DNA of 63,215 nt from Bacteroidota bacterium (GTDB lineage: Bacteria; Bacteroidota; Bacteroidia; Bacteroidales; VadinHA17), in NCBI GenBank assembly GCA_030706785.1, contig JAUZNW010000001.1, positions 1 to 63,215 of the forward strand, given 5' to 3'. How positions within the stretch are numbered: position 1 is the stretch's first letter; each line of letters opens with the position of its first letter. A model generated the notes under the pieces. That model was not told the DNA's origin. It made no database searches and worked only from the letters and a program-made list of their open reading frames with translations. Shown here in pieces: positions 45,107 through 55,407 of this stretch. The position numbers and the translations under genes are program-made.

Positions 45107-45493
45107 TCAGAGTTTTCGTCTTGACGAGGTAAGCTTTTCGATCAACTGATGCGGGAAAATAGGTTTTACGATATAATCATCAAATCCTGATGCAATTATT
45201 CTCTCCCGGTCCCCGAGAAGGCTGTATGCAGTCTGTGCAATGATGATGATATCATTTCTTAACTCCCTTATCTTTTTGGCTGCCCCATAGCCGTCTATTA
45301 CAGGTAGCTGAATGTCCATGAGTATTATATCTATCCCCGGATTTGACTTAACCGCTTCAATTGCTTCCTTCCCATCAACTGCATTTATCAGTGTAGCTCC
45401 AGTTTTCTCAAGTATCTTATTCAGGTAAAGTCGGCTCGAAACATCATCTTCAACAATAAGAATTTTCTTAGTTTTCAGATATTCGTTTTCCAT
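45107..45493 (-). CDS. Stand-alone response regulator receiver domain (CheY-like)
   Basis: 128 aa. It has KILIVEDD, the phospho-acceptor context IILMDIQLP, and a conserved T (AQTA) and K (KP). Confidence 0.9.
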   Translation of the reverse strand: MENEYLKTKKILIVEDDVSSRLYLNKILEKTGATLINAVDGKEAIEAVKSNPGIDIILMDIQLPVIDGYGAAKKIRELRNDIIIIAQTAYSLLGDRERIIASGFDDYIVKPIFPHQLIEKLTSSRRKL

Positions 45494-45504
45494 AGCTTCC
45501 AGCT

Positions 45505-45888
45505 TTATTCAAATAGCCCGTCATCTCTGAGCAGAAGAAGGATTGCCGATTGCGGGACCACTATGTACTTCTCCTTGTTAAATTCAATTTCAATCGCACT
45601 GCTCTGGAGATAGACAGCCTGATCGCCCTCTTTGGGCTGAAGGGGTACATACTTGGGTTCCTCTGTCTTTGCTTTCCATGGCTCATCAACATCATTCACA
45701 GATGGGATCGGGTATCCCGGTCCTACCTTAAGTACGTATCCTATCTGAACCTTTTCGTTCTCGTTTACTCCGGGTGGAAGATACAGACCGCTCTTTGTCT
45801 GTGACTGGGGAACTTTCGGTTTGATCAGTATCCTGTCCCCGATCACAATCAGTTTCTGTAAATCCTTTTCATCAAGTAGTACGCCCAT
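45505..45888 (-). CDS. GroES/Cpn10-like family protein
   Basis: It has GDRILIKPK...KSGLYLP...GYVLKVGPG, which resembles the Cpn10 beta-barrel. The start is probably the ATG at 45888 (MGVLLDEKD) rather than the track start at 45918. Confidence 0.5.
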   Translation of the reverse strand: MGVLLDEKDLQKLIVIGDRILIKPKVPQSQTKSGLYLPPGVNENEKVQIGYVLKVGPGYPIPSVNDVDEPWKAKTEEPKYVPLQPKEGDQAVYLQSSAIEIEFNKEKYIVVPQSAILLLLRDDGLFE

Positions 45889-46005
45889 AGTATTATTCAA
45901 ACAGGACAAAAATATCATTTTTTGGACTATGCGGGAACTCTCTTCCGGGAATTAATTAATATTGCATCCGGAGTATGAACGCAATATCACCCACTTTATT
46001 TTAGG

Positions 46006-46617
46006 ATGGAATCCGACAGTTACCTGACAATTAAGGCTTTCTCAAAGGGTTTGTACAGGGAAAAGGGAAGCAGGTTCATCGCACTCGCGTATCCGGTATC
46101 AGGTCAGGAAGAGATTAAAACAATCCTGGCGCAGGTCAGAAAGGAGTATCACGATGCAAGACACCACTGCTTTGCCTGGGTGCTTGGACAGGAAAGGGTG
46201 AATTTCCGTGTAAATGACGACGGGGAGCCCTCAGGCACTGCCGGCAGACCAATTATCGGACAGATCAATTCAGCCTGCCTGACGGATATCCTGGTAATAG
46301 TTGTGAGGTATTTCGGGGGGAAGCTTCTAGGTACAAGCGGGCTGATAAATGCCTACAGGACTTCAGCAGAATCAGCTATCAGGAACGGGGAAATCATTGA
46401 ACGCCATGTACAGGAAAATTATGAGCTTCATTTTCCGTACTCTGCATTGAATGATATAATGAAGCTTGTAAAAGAGGAAGACATGCAGCATTCGGATCAG
46501 ATATTTGAACTTGAATGTGCCATGAAAGTTTTTTTCAGAAGATCCAGAGCAGAGATGATCCTCGAAAAATTCTCAAGGATTGACGGATTGGAAGCCAGAA
46601 AAATCAATGCTGGATAG
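46006..46617 (+). CDS. YigZ/IMPACT-family protein (UPF0029)
   Basis: 203 aa. It has KGSRFIALAYPV ... ARHHCFAW ... DDGEPSGTAGRPI ... VVRYFGGKLLG, typical of the IMPACT N-domain. Confidence 0.8.
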   Translation: MESDSYLTIKAFSKGLYREKGSRFIALAYPVSGQEEIKTILAQVRKEYHDARHHCFAWVLGQERVNFRVNDDGEPSGTAGRPIIGQINSACLTDILVIVVRYFGGKLLGTSGLINAYRTSAESAIRNGEIIERHVQENYELHFPYSALNDIMKLVKEEDMQHSDQIFELECAMKVFFRRSRAEMILEKFSRIDGLEARKINAG

Positions 46618-46732
46618 GTTTTAACAATGGCCGGAAAGTTGTTAGTAAATTATCAACAACTGTCAGAAAAAAATACAATCATGGGTAAATTTGAAAAGCA
46701 CTATTCCCTAAAGGTGTTAAACGCCCATAATA

Positions 46733-47641
46733 ATGAAAAACAGAAGTTTAGTATCGATTGATGACCTTTCGACAGATGAAGTTCTGAAGATCCTCGACCT
46801 TGCTGCTGAATTTGAAAAGAAACCTGTACAGAAACTGCTTGAAGGTAAAGTAATTGCAACACTGTTCTTTGAGCCGTCAACACGGACAAGGCTCAGCTTT
46901 GAAAGCGCCATCAACCGTCTCGGCGGTAAAATCGTTGGATTTTCTGATGCAAGCAGCTCAAGCGTTTCAAAGGGCGAAACGCTTCACGATACCATTAAAA
47001 TGGTAAGCAGCTATGCTGACCTGATCGTGATGAGGCACCCCATCGAAGGAAGTGCCAGGTATGCCAGTGAGGTGGCTTCTGTACCGGTGATTAACGCCGG
47101 GGATGGTGCAAACCAGCATCCCACTCAGACGCTGCTCGATCTGTATTCCATACGCAAAACTCAGAGAACCCTCGACAACCTGAACATTTTCATGGTCGGC
47201 GATCTTAAATACGGCCGGACTGTTCACTCACTCATGATGGCAATGTCGAGATGGAACACGACATTCAATTTCATCTCGCCCGAAGAGCTGAAAATGCCGG
47301 AGGAGTTCAAGCTTTATCTCGAAAATCTCGGCCTGAAATATTATGAACACCTCGATTTTACCGATATCATTTCAAGGGCAGATATCATCTATATGACCAG
47401 GGTTCAGAAAGAGAGGTTCTCAGATCCGATTGAATACGAAAAGGTGAAGAATGTGTACGTTCTGAAAAATTCAATGCTTAAAAATACAAAACCAAATATG
47501 CGAATACTTCATCCCCTACCAAGGGTGAATGAAATACATACCGATGTGGATGCCAATCCTAAAGCATATTATTTTGAACAGGCTCTCAACGGGGTTTATA
47601 CGCGGCAGGCTATACTCTGCTCACTTTTAGGAATCAAGTAG
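46733..47641 (+). CDS. pyrB: Aspartate carbamoyltransferase catalytic subunit
   Basis: 302 aa. Motifs are [18 protein letters not shown] and HPLPRV. Confidence 0.95.
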   Translation: MKNRSLVSIDDLSTDEVLKILDLAAEFEKKPVQKLLEGKVIATLFFEPSTRTRLSFESAINRLGGKIVGFSDASSSSVSKGETLHDTIKMVSSYADLIVMRHPIEGSARYASEVASVPVINAGDGANQHPTQTLLDLYSIRKTQRTLDNLNIFMVGDLKYGRTVHSLMMAMSRWNTTFNFISPEELKMPEEFKLYLENLGLKYYEHLDFTDIISRADIIYMTRVQKERFSDPIEYEKVKNVYVLKNSMLKNTKPNMRILHPLPRVNEIHTDVDANPKAYYFEQALNGVYTRQAILCSLLGIK

Positions 47642-47656
47642 AAAGGAAGGTGAATC

Positions 47657-48109
47657 ATGAAAAAGCAATTAAGTGTCAGTGCAATTGAAAACGGAACTGT
47701 TATAGATCACATTCCGGCAAGGAACCTATTCAAGGTAATCCAGATCCTGGGACTTGATCATATAGACAGCCAGATAACCTTCGGCACCAATCTCGAAAGC
47801 AAAAAGCTGGGAAGAAAGGCAATTATAAAGATCTCAGGCAAATTCTTTGAAGATGAGGATATTAACAGGATCGCACTTGTAGCCCCTGACGCCAAGCTGA
47901 ATATCATAAAGGATTACGAGGTCGTTGAAAAGAAGCTTGTCGAAGTACCGGATACCATAGTTGGGATCGCCAAATGCATGAACCCAAAGTGCATAACCAA
48001 TTTTGAAGCTGTCACTACCCGGTTTAAAGTTGTCTCTAAAAAGAATGTGGCTCTCAAATGTCATTATTGTGAGAAGATCACAACGCAGGAGAACATGACA
48101 ATAATCTGA
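47657..48109 (+). CDS. pyrI: Aspartate carbamoyltransferase regulatory subunit
   Basis: 150 aa. It has the allosteric domain ([11 protein letters not shown]) and a C-terminal zinc domain with four Cys (CMNPKCIT ... KCHYCEK). It lies directly after pyrB. Confidence 0.9.
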   Translation: MKKQLSVSAIENGTVIDHIPARNLFKVIQILGLDHIDSQITFGTNLESKKLGRKAIIKISGKFFEDEDINRIALVAPDAKLNIIKDYEVVEKKLVEVPDTIVGIAKCMNPKCITNFEAVTTRFKVVSKKNVALKCHYCEKITTQENMTII

Positions 48110-48140
48110 GTCTGATAAAATCAAATTCTTTAAGAATCCA

Positions 48141-48262
48141 CTACCTCCGCCCTGTCTTCGGCGGGTGACTCCTCTTAAGAAGAGTAGAAATTAGCAGTAC
48201 TTACACAATTTTACCCTCCTTCCAGGGAGGGGGCCCCGACTTCATGTCGGGACAGGGTGGCA
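48141..48262. repeat. Cluster of four short GC-rich hairpins in a convergent intergenic spacer
   Basis: H1 is ccgcc-N8-ggcgg (48147-48164). H2 is ctctt-aag-aagag (48172-48184). H3 is ccctcc-N6-ggaggg (48214-48231). H4 is cccgac-N5-gtcggg (48235-48251). In addition, ccgccctgtc (48147-48156) is complementary in 9 of 10 positions to gacagggtgg (48251-48260). Confidence 0.7.
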
Positions 48263-48272
48263 GCATGGATTA

Positions 48273-48740
48273 TTACCTTAGCCTGTCGTATGACCTTACA
48301 AGCTCCTCATCTTTCTTGATTCCCCGGTATGCAAGTACTGCTAAAATGATCATGACAATTGGCAGAAACATCTTATAATTCAGGCTGATGCCGGCATGGT
48401 AATTGTTCACGACCGAAACCGCACAATAAACAAGTGCACCGATAAATACAAGGACCAGAATTATCAGTGCGATTGTCAGCTTCATCTGAAGCTTCCTTTT
48501 CCTGTATAAAAATATTGCTGCAACTGAAATAGCGATAATTAATGCAATGATTACACCGACCGGCGCCGGGTTACTGTCCAGATGAAGTGTATCTGTCCCC
48601 TTTAACTGATAGATCCCTGAAGTATTCAGCATGATCCCTGCACCTGAATTGTTATTAAATGTTAAAATGCTTCCTCTCAGGAATAAAGCAGCCACCAGTG
48701 CTGTCAGAAATAAATATACCGATTGAATTCTCTGAATCAT
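48273..48740 (-). CDS. DUF4293-like small polytopic membrane protein
   Basis: 155 aa with the N-terminus MIQRIQSVYLFLTAL, four hydrophobic helices and a C-terminal basic tail. Confidence 0.7.
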   Translation of the reverse strand: MIQRIQSVYLFLTALVAALFLRGSILTFNNNSGAGIMLNTSGIYQLKGTDTLHLDSNPAPVGVIIALIIAISVAAIFLYRKRKLQMKLTIALIILVLVFIGALVYCAVSVVNNYHAGISLNYKMFLPIVMIILAVLAYRGIKKDEELVRSYDRLR

Positions 48741-48994
48741 ATTGGCAGGATTTTTTAAACTGAAGTAAAATTAGATGGTTTTGGTCAAATAAAAATATGA
48801 GATCTGATATCATGCTTTCGGGAGCCGTAACTCTATTTATTATAATTTTTTAACACATTTTTAAGAACATGAGTAACTCAGAAAGATTCAATTTACCTAC
48901 CTTTGCGTCCTTGATATTAAGCTCACATTCAAAGTTGAAATCCCGTTCTGTTAAGCTACTAGCTGCAACGGCAGAAATATAATCAATTCCTGAA

Positions 48995-50104
48995 ATGAAG
49001 AAAAAACTAAACCTGGTAATCACGATTTTCCTGATTATTGTACTTGCAGCAATAATCGCCTATCCAAAGGTAAAGCCGCTTTTTGCTGCAAAGTCCCCAA
49101 TGCCAGCTGCTCCTGGTGGTCCCGGCAGAGGACAGGGTGGTTCCATGCAGGGGAGACAGTTACTTAACGTGAGCGGATTTCTCATCAAGCCTGCGCAGCT
49201 TAGCGAACTGGTAAACAGCAACGGAACTTTAAGGCCTGATGAGGAGGTTGATCTTTCTTTCGAGACTTCCGGGAAAATTGTAGGGATTAATTTTACTGAA
49301 GGAAAAAGGGTACAAAAAGGAGATCTTCTCGCGAAGATAAATGATAAGCCATTACAGGCACAGCTTGAGAAACTTGAGGCGCAAATAAAGCTTGTTGAAC
49401 AAAAGGAATTCAGGCAGAGGAGCCTCCTCACAAAGGACGCAATAAGCCAGGAAAGTTATGACCAGATCGAAACAGAACTCCAGACCACCCAGGCTGATAT
49501 TAATCTTGTCAAGGCAATGATTGCTCAAACTGAACTCCGGGCACCGTTTGACGGGATAATCGGTCTTCGGTATGTAAGTGAAGGAAGCTATACTACACCG
49601 TCAACAAAAATTGCCAGGCTTATCAAGATCAAGCCATTAAAGCTCGAGTTCTCAATACCTGAACAATATGCTGATGAAATTAACATCGGTTTCCCTCTTT
49701 CTTTCAAGGTTACCGGTAACAATACAGTTTTTAATGCAAATGTTTATGCAGTTGATCCGAAGATTGAACTTAATACCCGTTCAATCGTAATAAGGGCATT
49801 GTATCCAAACAGGAATGAAGAGCTGAAATCCGGGCGGTATGCTGCAGTCACTCTGCAATTGTCAAAGATCGAAAATACTATTGCCATTCCTACTGAAGCG
49901 CTGGTTGTCGAAATGGAGGGTGAATCGGTGTTTATCTACAAGAAAGGTAAAGCATCGAAGGTTCCCGTTGGAACAGGCCTTCGCACAGAAGATCTTATTC
50001 AGATCGTTAACGGATTGAAATTTGGTGATACGTTGCTTACAACAGGGATACTCCAGTTGCGTCAGTCGCTTCCTGTTGTGCTCGACACACTTATTGTTAA
50101 TTAA
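48995..50104 (+). CDS. RND efflux periplasmic adaptor (membrane fusion protein)
   Basis: 369 aa. It has a signal anchor, a lipoyl/hairpin region (GDLLAKINDKPLQAQLEKLEAQ) and RAPFDGIIG. It lies upstream of the RND pump. Confidence 0.9.
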   Translation: MKKKLNLVITIFLIIVLAAIIAYPKVKPLFAAKSPMPAAPGGPGRGQGGSMQGRQLLNVSGFLIKPAQLSELVNSNGTLRPDEEVDLSFETSGKIVGINFTEGKRVQKGDLLAKINDKPLQAQLEKLEAQIKLVEQKEFRQRSLLTKDAISQESYDQIETELQTTQADINLVKAMIAQTELRAPFDGIIGLRYVSEGSYTTPSTKIARLIKIKPLKLEFSIPEQYADEINIGFPLSFKVTGNNTVFNANVYAVDPKIELNTRSIVIRALYPNRNEELKSGRYAAVTLQLSKIENTIAIPTEALVVEMEGESVFIYKKGKASKVPVGTGLRTEDLIQIVNGLKFGDTLLTTGILQLRQSLPVVLDTLIVN

Positions 50105-50125
50105 TTAACATATAATCAATAAAAT

Positions 50126-53100
50126 ATGAGTCTTTCATCAGTAAGTATAAACAGACCTGTACTGTCAACCGTATTTGCTCTTGTAATACTTCTGTTCGGG
50201 ATTGTCGGAGCCACTTTTCTGGGGATCAGGGAATTTCCAAGTGTTGATCCTGCTATTATAACTGTTCAGACTACCTATCCGGGAGCTAATTCTGATGTCA
50301 TTGAGACCCAGATAACTGAGCCGCTTGAACAAAATATCAATGGCATTCCCGGCGTGAGATCCCTTACAAGTGTCAGCCGTCAGGGAGGCAGTAATATAAC
50401 TGTCGAATTTGAACTATCAGTCGATCTTGAAACTGCGGCCAACGATGTCAGGGATAAGGTTTCCCAGGCTCAAAGGCTTCTGCCGCGTGACTGCGATCCA
50501 CCAATTGTTACAAAAGCTGATGCTGATGCAAATCCAATACTTTTTCTTACTGTTGAAAGCAGCAAGAGATCCCTCCTTGAACTTTCTGAAATTGCTGATC
50601 TCACATTGAAGCAACAGCTCCAGACAATATCAGGAGTAAGCGCTGTCAGCATTTTCGGTGAGAAACGTTATTCGATGCGTCTCATGATTGATCCTGTCAA
50701 GCTTGCCGGCTACGAGCTTACACCAATGGATGTCAGGAATGCAGTAAACCGTGAAAACGTTGAACTTCCTTCAGGTACGATCGAGGGTACAAATACCCAG
50801 CTGACCATCAGGACCCTTGGCCTGATGTCGACGCCGAAGGAATTCAATGACCTTATAATTAAGCAATCAGGTGACCAGATTGTAAGGTTTAAGGATATTG
50901 GCCGTGCGGAGCTGGGACCTGAGGATATCAGAAGTATTATGAAAAAGGATGGCGTTCCCATGGTTCAGATTGCTATCGTGCCGCAACCCGGATCAAATCA
51001 TATCGATATCGTTGATGAAACCTACAGGCGTCTCCAATATATTCGCAAAGACCTCCCGGATGATGTAAAGGTAAATGTCAACTATGATAATACACAATAC
51101 ATCAGATCTTCAATAAAGGAGGTCAAAAACACAATTTATATCGCCTTCGCTCTTGTTGTTGTGATCATCTATTTCTTTCTCCGCAGCTGGAGAGCTACGA
51201 CGATCCCTATTCTGGTCATTCCTGTTTCGCTCGTCGGTGCCTTCTTCATAATGTACATTGCCGGATTTACCATTAATGTTCTGACTCTGCTCGCAATTGT
51301 TCTTTCAATAGGTATAGTTGTGGATGATGCTATTGTAGTTATGGAAAATATTTATGTCAAGGTTGAATCCGGATTTAGCCCAATTGATGCCGCTCTGAAA
51401 GGCTCAAAGGAAATATATTTTGCAATCATATCTACAACCATAACTCTTATTTCGGTCTTTTTCCCGATCGTATTCCTGCAGGGTATCACAGGCCGTCTTT
51501 TCAGGGAATTTGCTATTGTTATGGCAGGTGCAGTTGGTATTTCAGCTTTCCTTGCATTGTCATTGACTCCAATGGTGTCGTCAAAACTCCTGAGACATGA
51601 AAAAAGGCACAGCTGGTTTTTCAGGAAAACAGAGCGTTTCTTTGACAAATTGAATACAGCTTACAGGAATGGTTTAGGTTCATTTCTCCTTCATCGAAGA
51701 GCTGCCCTCATTATAATTGTTGTTGCCGTTGGACTGGTCGTTTTACTATGGAAGTCAATCCCGTCCGAAATGGCACCGCTGGAGGATCGTTCCCAGGTCA
51801 CCATAAATACAACTGCCCCTGAAGGATCGACATACGATTTCATGCTCGCATATTGCGATGATATTGCCAAACTCGTTGAGCAAAAAGTCCCCGAAAGGCT
51901 CAACTATGCAACTATGGTCAGAGGCGGGGGCATGGGAAATATCAGGATAATGCTTGAAAAGCCGGACAAAAGAAAAAGATCGCAACAGGAAATCGCTGAT
52001 GAGATGACTTCTGACTTAAGGAAAAAAACCAAAGCCAGATCCTTCGTGATGCAGCAATCCACCTTCGGAAGCAGGAGAATGGGGATGCCGGTCCAGTATG
52101 TACTTCAGGCTACGTCTATTGATAAACTCAGACAAATTCTTCCTACATTCATGGCCAGGGTAATGGAGAGTAAAGTTCTTACAATGGCCGACGTGAACCT
52201 GAAATTTACCTTGCCTGAGCTGAGGGTTCACATAAACCGGGAAAAAGCAATCACACTTGGTGTATCGACCCAGAATATCGGACAAACCCTTCAGCTTGCA
52301 CTCAGCGGGCAGCGTTTCGGATACTTTTTTATGAACGGCAAGGAATACCAGATCCTGGGTGACCTTGCACGGGCAGACAGAAATAAACCGCTTGATCTGA
52401 AATCTCTTTATGTGCGTAACGACAAGGGTGATATGATCCAGTTCGATAACCTGGTTTCTCTTTCGGAAGAGACAGCTCCGCCCCAGCTCTACCGCTACAA
52501 TCGTTTTGTTGCAGCCACAATCTCTGCCGGTCTGGCAAAAGGGAAGACAATGAGCGAAGGGCTTGCAGAAATGGATCAAATTGCAAAACAGGTGCTCGAT
52601 GAGTCGTTCAGGACAGCACTGGCCGGTGATTCAAAGGACTTCCGTGAAAGTTCTTCGAGCCTTATGTTTGCATTTGTTCTCTCATTAATTCTGATCTTTC
52701 TTGTTCTTGCAGCACAGTTTGAGAGCTTTAAGGATCCGTTGATTGTGATGATGACAGTTCCGCTCGCACTCATAGGGGCTTTGATATTCATGTGGTATTT
52801 CGGCATTACAATGAATATATTCAGCGAAATCGGGATCATTATGCTTATTGGTCTGGTCACAAAGAATGGCATTCTGATTGTCGAATTCGCAAACCAGAGA
52901 AAAATATCCGGCATGTCGAAAATGGATGCCATTAAATATGCGGCAGCTGCGCGGTTACGTCCAATCCTTATGACAAGCCTTGCAACCATTCTCGGGATTT
53001 CTCCATTAGCACTTGGACTCGGTGAAGGAGCTCAGAGCCGTGTTGCAATGGGAACCGCTGTCATCGGAGGTATGGTGTTTGCCACATTCCTCTCATTGTT

Positions 53101-53179
53101 CATTGTCCCTGCAATCTATTCCTTTATTTCAAGTGAAACAAAAATGAGCCAAAATGAGAATAAGGTTACTCCCGTTTAG
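50126..53179 (+). CDS. RND-family multidrug efflux permease (AcrB-like)
   Basis: 1017 aa with 12-TM/two-loop architecture. It has SINRPVLSTV at the N-terminus and the conserved VVDDAIVVMENI. Confidence 0.95.
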   Translation: MSLSSVSINRPVLSTVFALVILLFGIVGATFLGIREFPSVDPAIITVQTTYPGANSDVIETQITEPLEQNINGIPGVRSLTSVSRQGGSNITVEFELSVDLETAANDVRDKVSQAQRLLPRDCDPPIVTKADADANPILFLTVESSKRSLLELSEIADLTLKQQLQTISGVSAVSIFGEKRYSMRLMIDPVKLAGYELTPMDVRNAVNRENVELPSGTIEGTNTQLTIRTLGLMSTPKEFNDLIIKQSGDQIVRFKDIGRAELGPEDIRSIMKKDGVPMVQIAIVPQPGSNHIDIVDETYRRLQYIRKDLPDDVKVNVNYDNTQYIRSSIKEVKNTIYIAFALVVVIIYFFLRSWRATTIPILVIPVSLVGAFFIMYIAGFTINVLTLLAIVLSIGIVVDDAIVVMENIYVKVESGFSPIDAALKGSKEIYFAIISTTITLISVFFPIVFLQGITGRLFREFAIVMAGAVGISAFLALSLTPMVSSKLLRHEKRHSWFFRKTERFFDKLNTAYRNGLGSFLLHRRAALIIIVVAVGLVVLLWKSIPSEMAPLEDRSQVTINTTAPEGSTYDFMLAYCDDIAKLVEQKVPERLNYATMVRGGGMGNIRIMLEKPDKRKRSQQEIADEMTSDLRKKTKARSFVMQQSTFGSRRMGMPVQYVLQATSIDKLRQILPTFMARVMESKVLTMADVNLKFTLPELRVHINREKAITLGVSTQNIGQTLQLALSGQRFGYFFMNGKEYQILGDLARADRNKPLDLKSLYVRNDKGDMIQFDNLVSLSEETAPPQLYRYNRFVAATISAGLAKGKTMSEGLAEMDQIAKQVLDESFRTALAGDSKDFRESSSSLMFAFVLSLILIFLVLAAQFESFKDPLIVMMTVPLALIGALIFMWYFGITMNIFSEIGIIMLIGLVTKNGILIVEFANQRKISGMSKMDAIKYAAAARLRPILMTSLATILGISPLALGLGEGAQSRVAMGTAVIGGMVFATFLSLFIVPAIYSFISSETKMSQNENKVTPV

Positions 53180-54476
53180 CCTTTTGATCTGTTTTTCATC
53201 CCTGTGTGTCAAGGGACAGGTTGTATATGAACTGAATACCTGCATCAGGACCGGTCTGGAACGGAACTTTTCACTTTTGATAACAAAAAACAGCGAACAG
53301 ATCTCAAAAAATAACTTTACAATCGGCAATGCCGGTTTTTTACCATCCCTGGATCTTACCAGCCAGCATAGCGGAACTCTTAATGATCAGAAGCAGAATT
53401 TTACTGATGGCTCAAGGACGGTAACCAATAATATTTTTAACACGAATACATCTGTAGGAGTAGCCATGGATATGACTATATTCAACGGCTTCAGCGTTCA
53501 GACAACATACAAAAAGCTGAATGAGCTCAGGCAGATCGGAGAACTCAATACTCAGCTTTCAATTGAAAATCTGATCTCAAATATCATCTCCGGCTATTAC
53601 AATTACATCCAGCAGGTTGAGCTTCTGAATAACGAAAAGTATGCCGTTACTCTTTCCAAAGAAAGGCTTCGTATTGATGAAGATCGATATCTTCTGGGAT
53701 CAAACTCAAAGCTGCAGGTCCTTCAGTCAAGGGTATATCTTAATGCGGACAGTTCGAGGCTTTCACAACAATACGAGGTGGTTCGGGCCGCGCAGATCAG
53801 CCTGAATGAGCTGATGGCTGCTGAGGATCTTGGTACTGAGTTTATATCAAAGGATACATCCATCGTAGTAGACTCTACTCTTATCTATGAAAAGCTTCTT
53901 CAGGAAACTCTTGAAAACAATACCAGTATGAGGATTGCCTCCAAGAACAAAACCATTTCGGAGTATGATTATAAAATAATTGCAGCACGGACATACCCCT
54001 ACCTCAATCTAAATTCCGGCTATAATTACAACCTTAACACCTTTTCATCTAGCTCAATGAAAAACCAGCAGACCAATGGCTTTAACTACGGTCTTACCTT
54101 CGGTGTAAATATTTTTAACGGCTTCAACCAGAGAAGGAATCTGAAGAATTCATCTATTGACATATCAAATAAGGACCTTCTGTATAAAAATATTGAACAG
54201 GGTGTCAGGGCTGATTTACTTACAATTTACCACGCTTACAGCAATTATTTAAGGCTTATCGCCCTTGAAAAACAGAACCTCGAGACCGCTACTGAGAACC
54301 TGGCCATTGCAATGGAGCGATATAAACTAGGAAGCCTTTCAGGGATTGAGCTCCGTGAGGTTCAGAAAAGCCTTCTTGATGCCCGCGAAAGTCTTCTTTC
54401 GGTCCAGTACCAGGCCAAGCTTGCCGAGATATCACTCCTTCTTATCTCGGGCAGGATAATGGAATATTATAAGTAG
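53154..54476 (+). CDS. TolC-family outer-membrane efflux protein
   Basis: 440 aa with a signal peptide. It has two repeats of the OEP helical/beta pattern. It overlaps the RND gene end by 26 nt. Confidence 0.85.
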   Translation: MRIRLLPFSLLICFSSLCVKGQVVYELNTCIRTGLERNFSLLITKNSEQISKNNFTIGNAGFLPSLDLTSQHSGTLNDQKQNFTDGSRTVTNNIFNTNTSVGVAMDMTIFNGFSVQTTYKKLNELRQIGELNTQLSIENLISNIISGYYNYIQQVELLNNEKYAVTLSKERLRIDEDRYLLGSNSKLQVLQSRVYLNADSSRLSQQYEVVRAAQISLNELMAAEDLGTEFISKDTSIVVDSTLIYEKLLQETLENNTSMRIASKNKTISEYDYKIIAARTYPYLNLNSGYNYNLNTFSSSSMKNQQTNGFNYGLTFGVNIFNGFNQRRNLKNSSIDISNKDLLYKNIEQGVRADLLTIYHAYSNYLRLIALEKQNLETATENLAIAMERYKLGSLSGIELREVQKSLLDARESLLSVQYQAKLAEISLLLISGRIMEYYK

Positions 54477-54519
54477 CCGATAGTCTTATTATCCTTATAT
54501 TTGTCCCTCATATTTTCAA

Positions 54520-55383
54520 ATGTTGAAGAAAACCGAGCTTATAACGAACAGTGACGGAAGTATTTTTCATCTGAACCTGCTTCCGGAGGATATCTGTGAA
54601 AAGATAATCATTGTCGGAGATCCAGGCCGCGTTGAAATGCTATCTTCCCTCCTTGAGAGCATAAGGGTCAGGAAGCAGAACAGGGAATTCAGCACGGTGA
54701 CCGGAAGCTATGATGGGACTGAGGTAACCATTATATCTTCGGGGATCGGGACCGACAATATCGATATAGTAATCAACGAGCTTGACGCTCTTGCCAATAT
54801 CGATCTCAGGTCCGGGGAAATCAGGGAGGAACCTGTGCCTCTTACATTCATTAGGATCGGCACTTCAGGTGGTCTGAGGAGTGATGTGCCGGCAGGATCT
54901 GTTGTTCTCACCGAGACCGCAATAGGATTTGATGGGCTCATTCATTTTTATGAGGGTTATGACTGGCTGCTCGATAATATGCTGTCGACTTATATGGCAG
55001 AATACCTCGAATGGCCCGATACGCTTTCCTTTCCGTATGCAGTCAATGCCAGCAAGGAACTTGTGGCCATGTTCGGGAAAGAGGATTTCATCAGGGGAAT
55101 AACTATTTCAGCTCCGGGATTTTACGGCCCGCAGGGAAGGCGCCTGAGGCTTGATACGTTCGACGCTGAAATCAATAATAAGCTTGCCGGGTTCTCATTA
55201 ATGGGCAGAAAAATATGCAATTATGAAATGGAGAGTTCTGCAATTTATGGACTGTCGGGTCTCCTTGGCCATAAAGCCCTCACTCTCTGCGCGGTGATCG
55301 GTAACAGGGTATCAGGTGAATTTATTAATGATTATAAGCCTATCATCATGGATCTGGCGGCTAAGGTGATGAACATTATTTAG
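54520..55383 (+). CDS. PNP/UDP-family nucleoside phosphorylase
   Basis: 287 aa. It has VGDPGRV, SSGIGTDNIDIVINEL, RIGTSGGL and YEMESSAIY. Confidence 0.75.
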   Translation: MLKKTELITNSDGSIFHLNLLPEDICEKIIIVGDPGRVEMLSSLLESIRVRKQNREFSTVTGSYDGTEVTIISSGIGTDNIDIVINELDALANIDLRSGEIREEPVPLTFIRIGTSGGLRSDVPAGSVVLTETAIGFDGLIHFYEGYDWLLDNMLSTYMAEYLEWPDTLSFPYAVNASKELVAMFGKEDFIRGITISAPGFYGPQGRRLRLDTFDAEINNKLAGFSLMGRKICNYEMESSAIYGLSGLLGHKALTLCAVIGNRVSGEFINDYKPIIMDLAAKVMNII

Positions 55384-55407
55384 CCTTATTGTGAATTGTA
55401 ACAAATG

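Noticed and set aside
46681-46761. 26-codon ORF overlapping the pyrB start, considered as a pyrL-like attenuation leader peptide
   Set aside because: No convincing terminator/antiterminator pair or U-rich pause region accompanies it. The only hairpin (ttaacaa...ttgttag at about 46620-46645) is upstream of it and fits a yigZ terminator better.
52016-52579. 187-aa antisense ORF (and neighbouring antisense ORFs) inside the RND pump gene
   Set aside because: It lies on the strand opposite a strongly supported AcrB-like CDS, and the translation has no features. The same reasoning applies to 27788-28255, 28866-29225 and 34772-35098, and to the other short ORFs nested in or antisense to confidently called genes.
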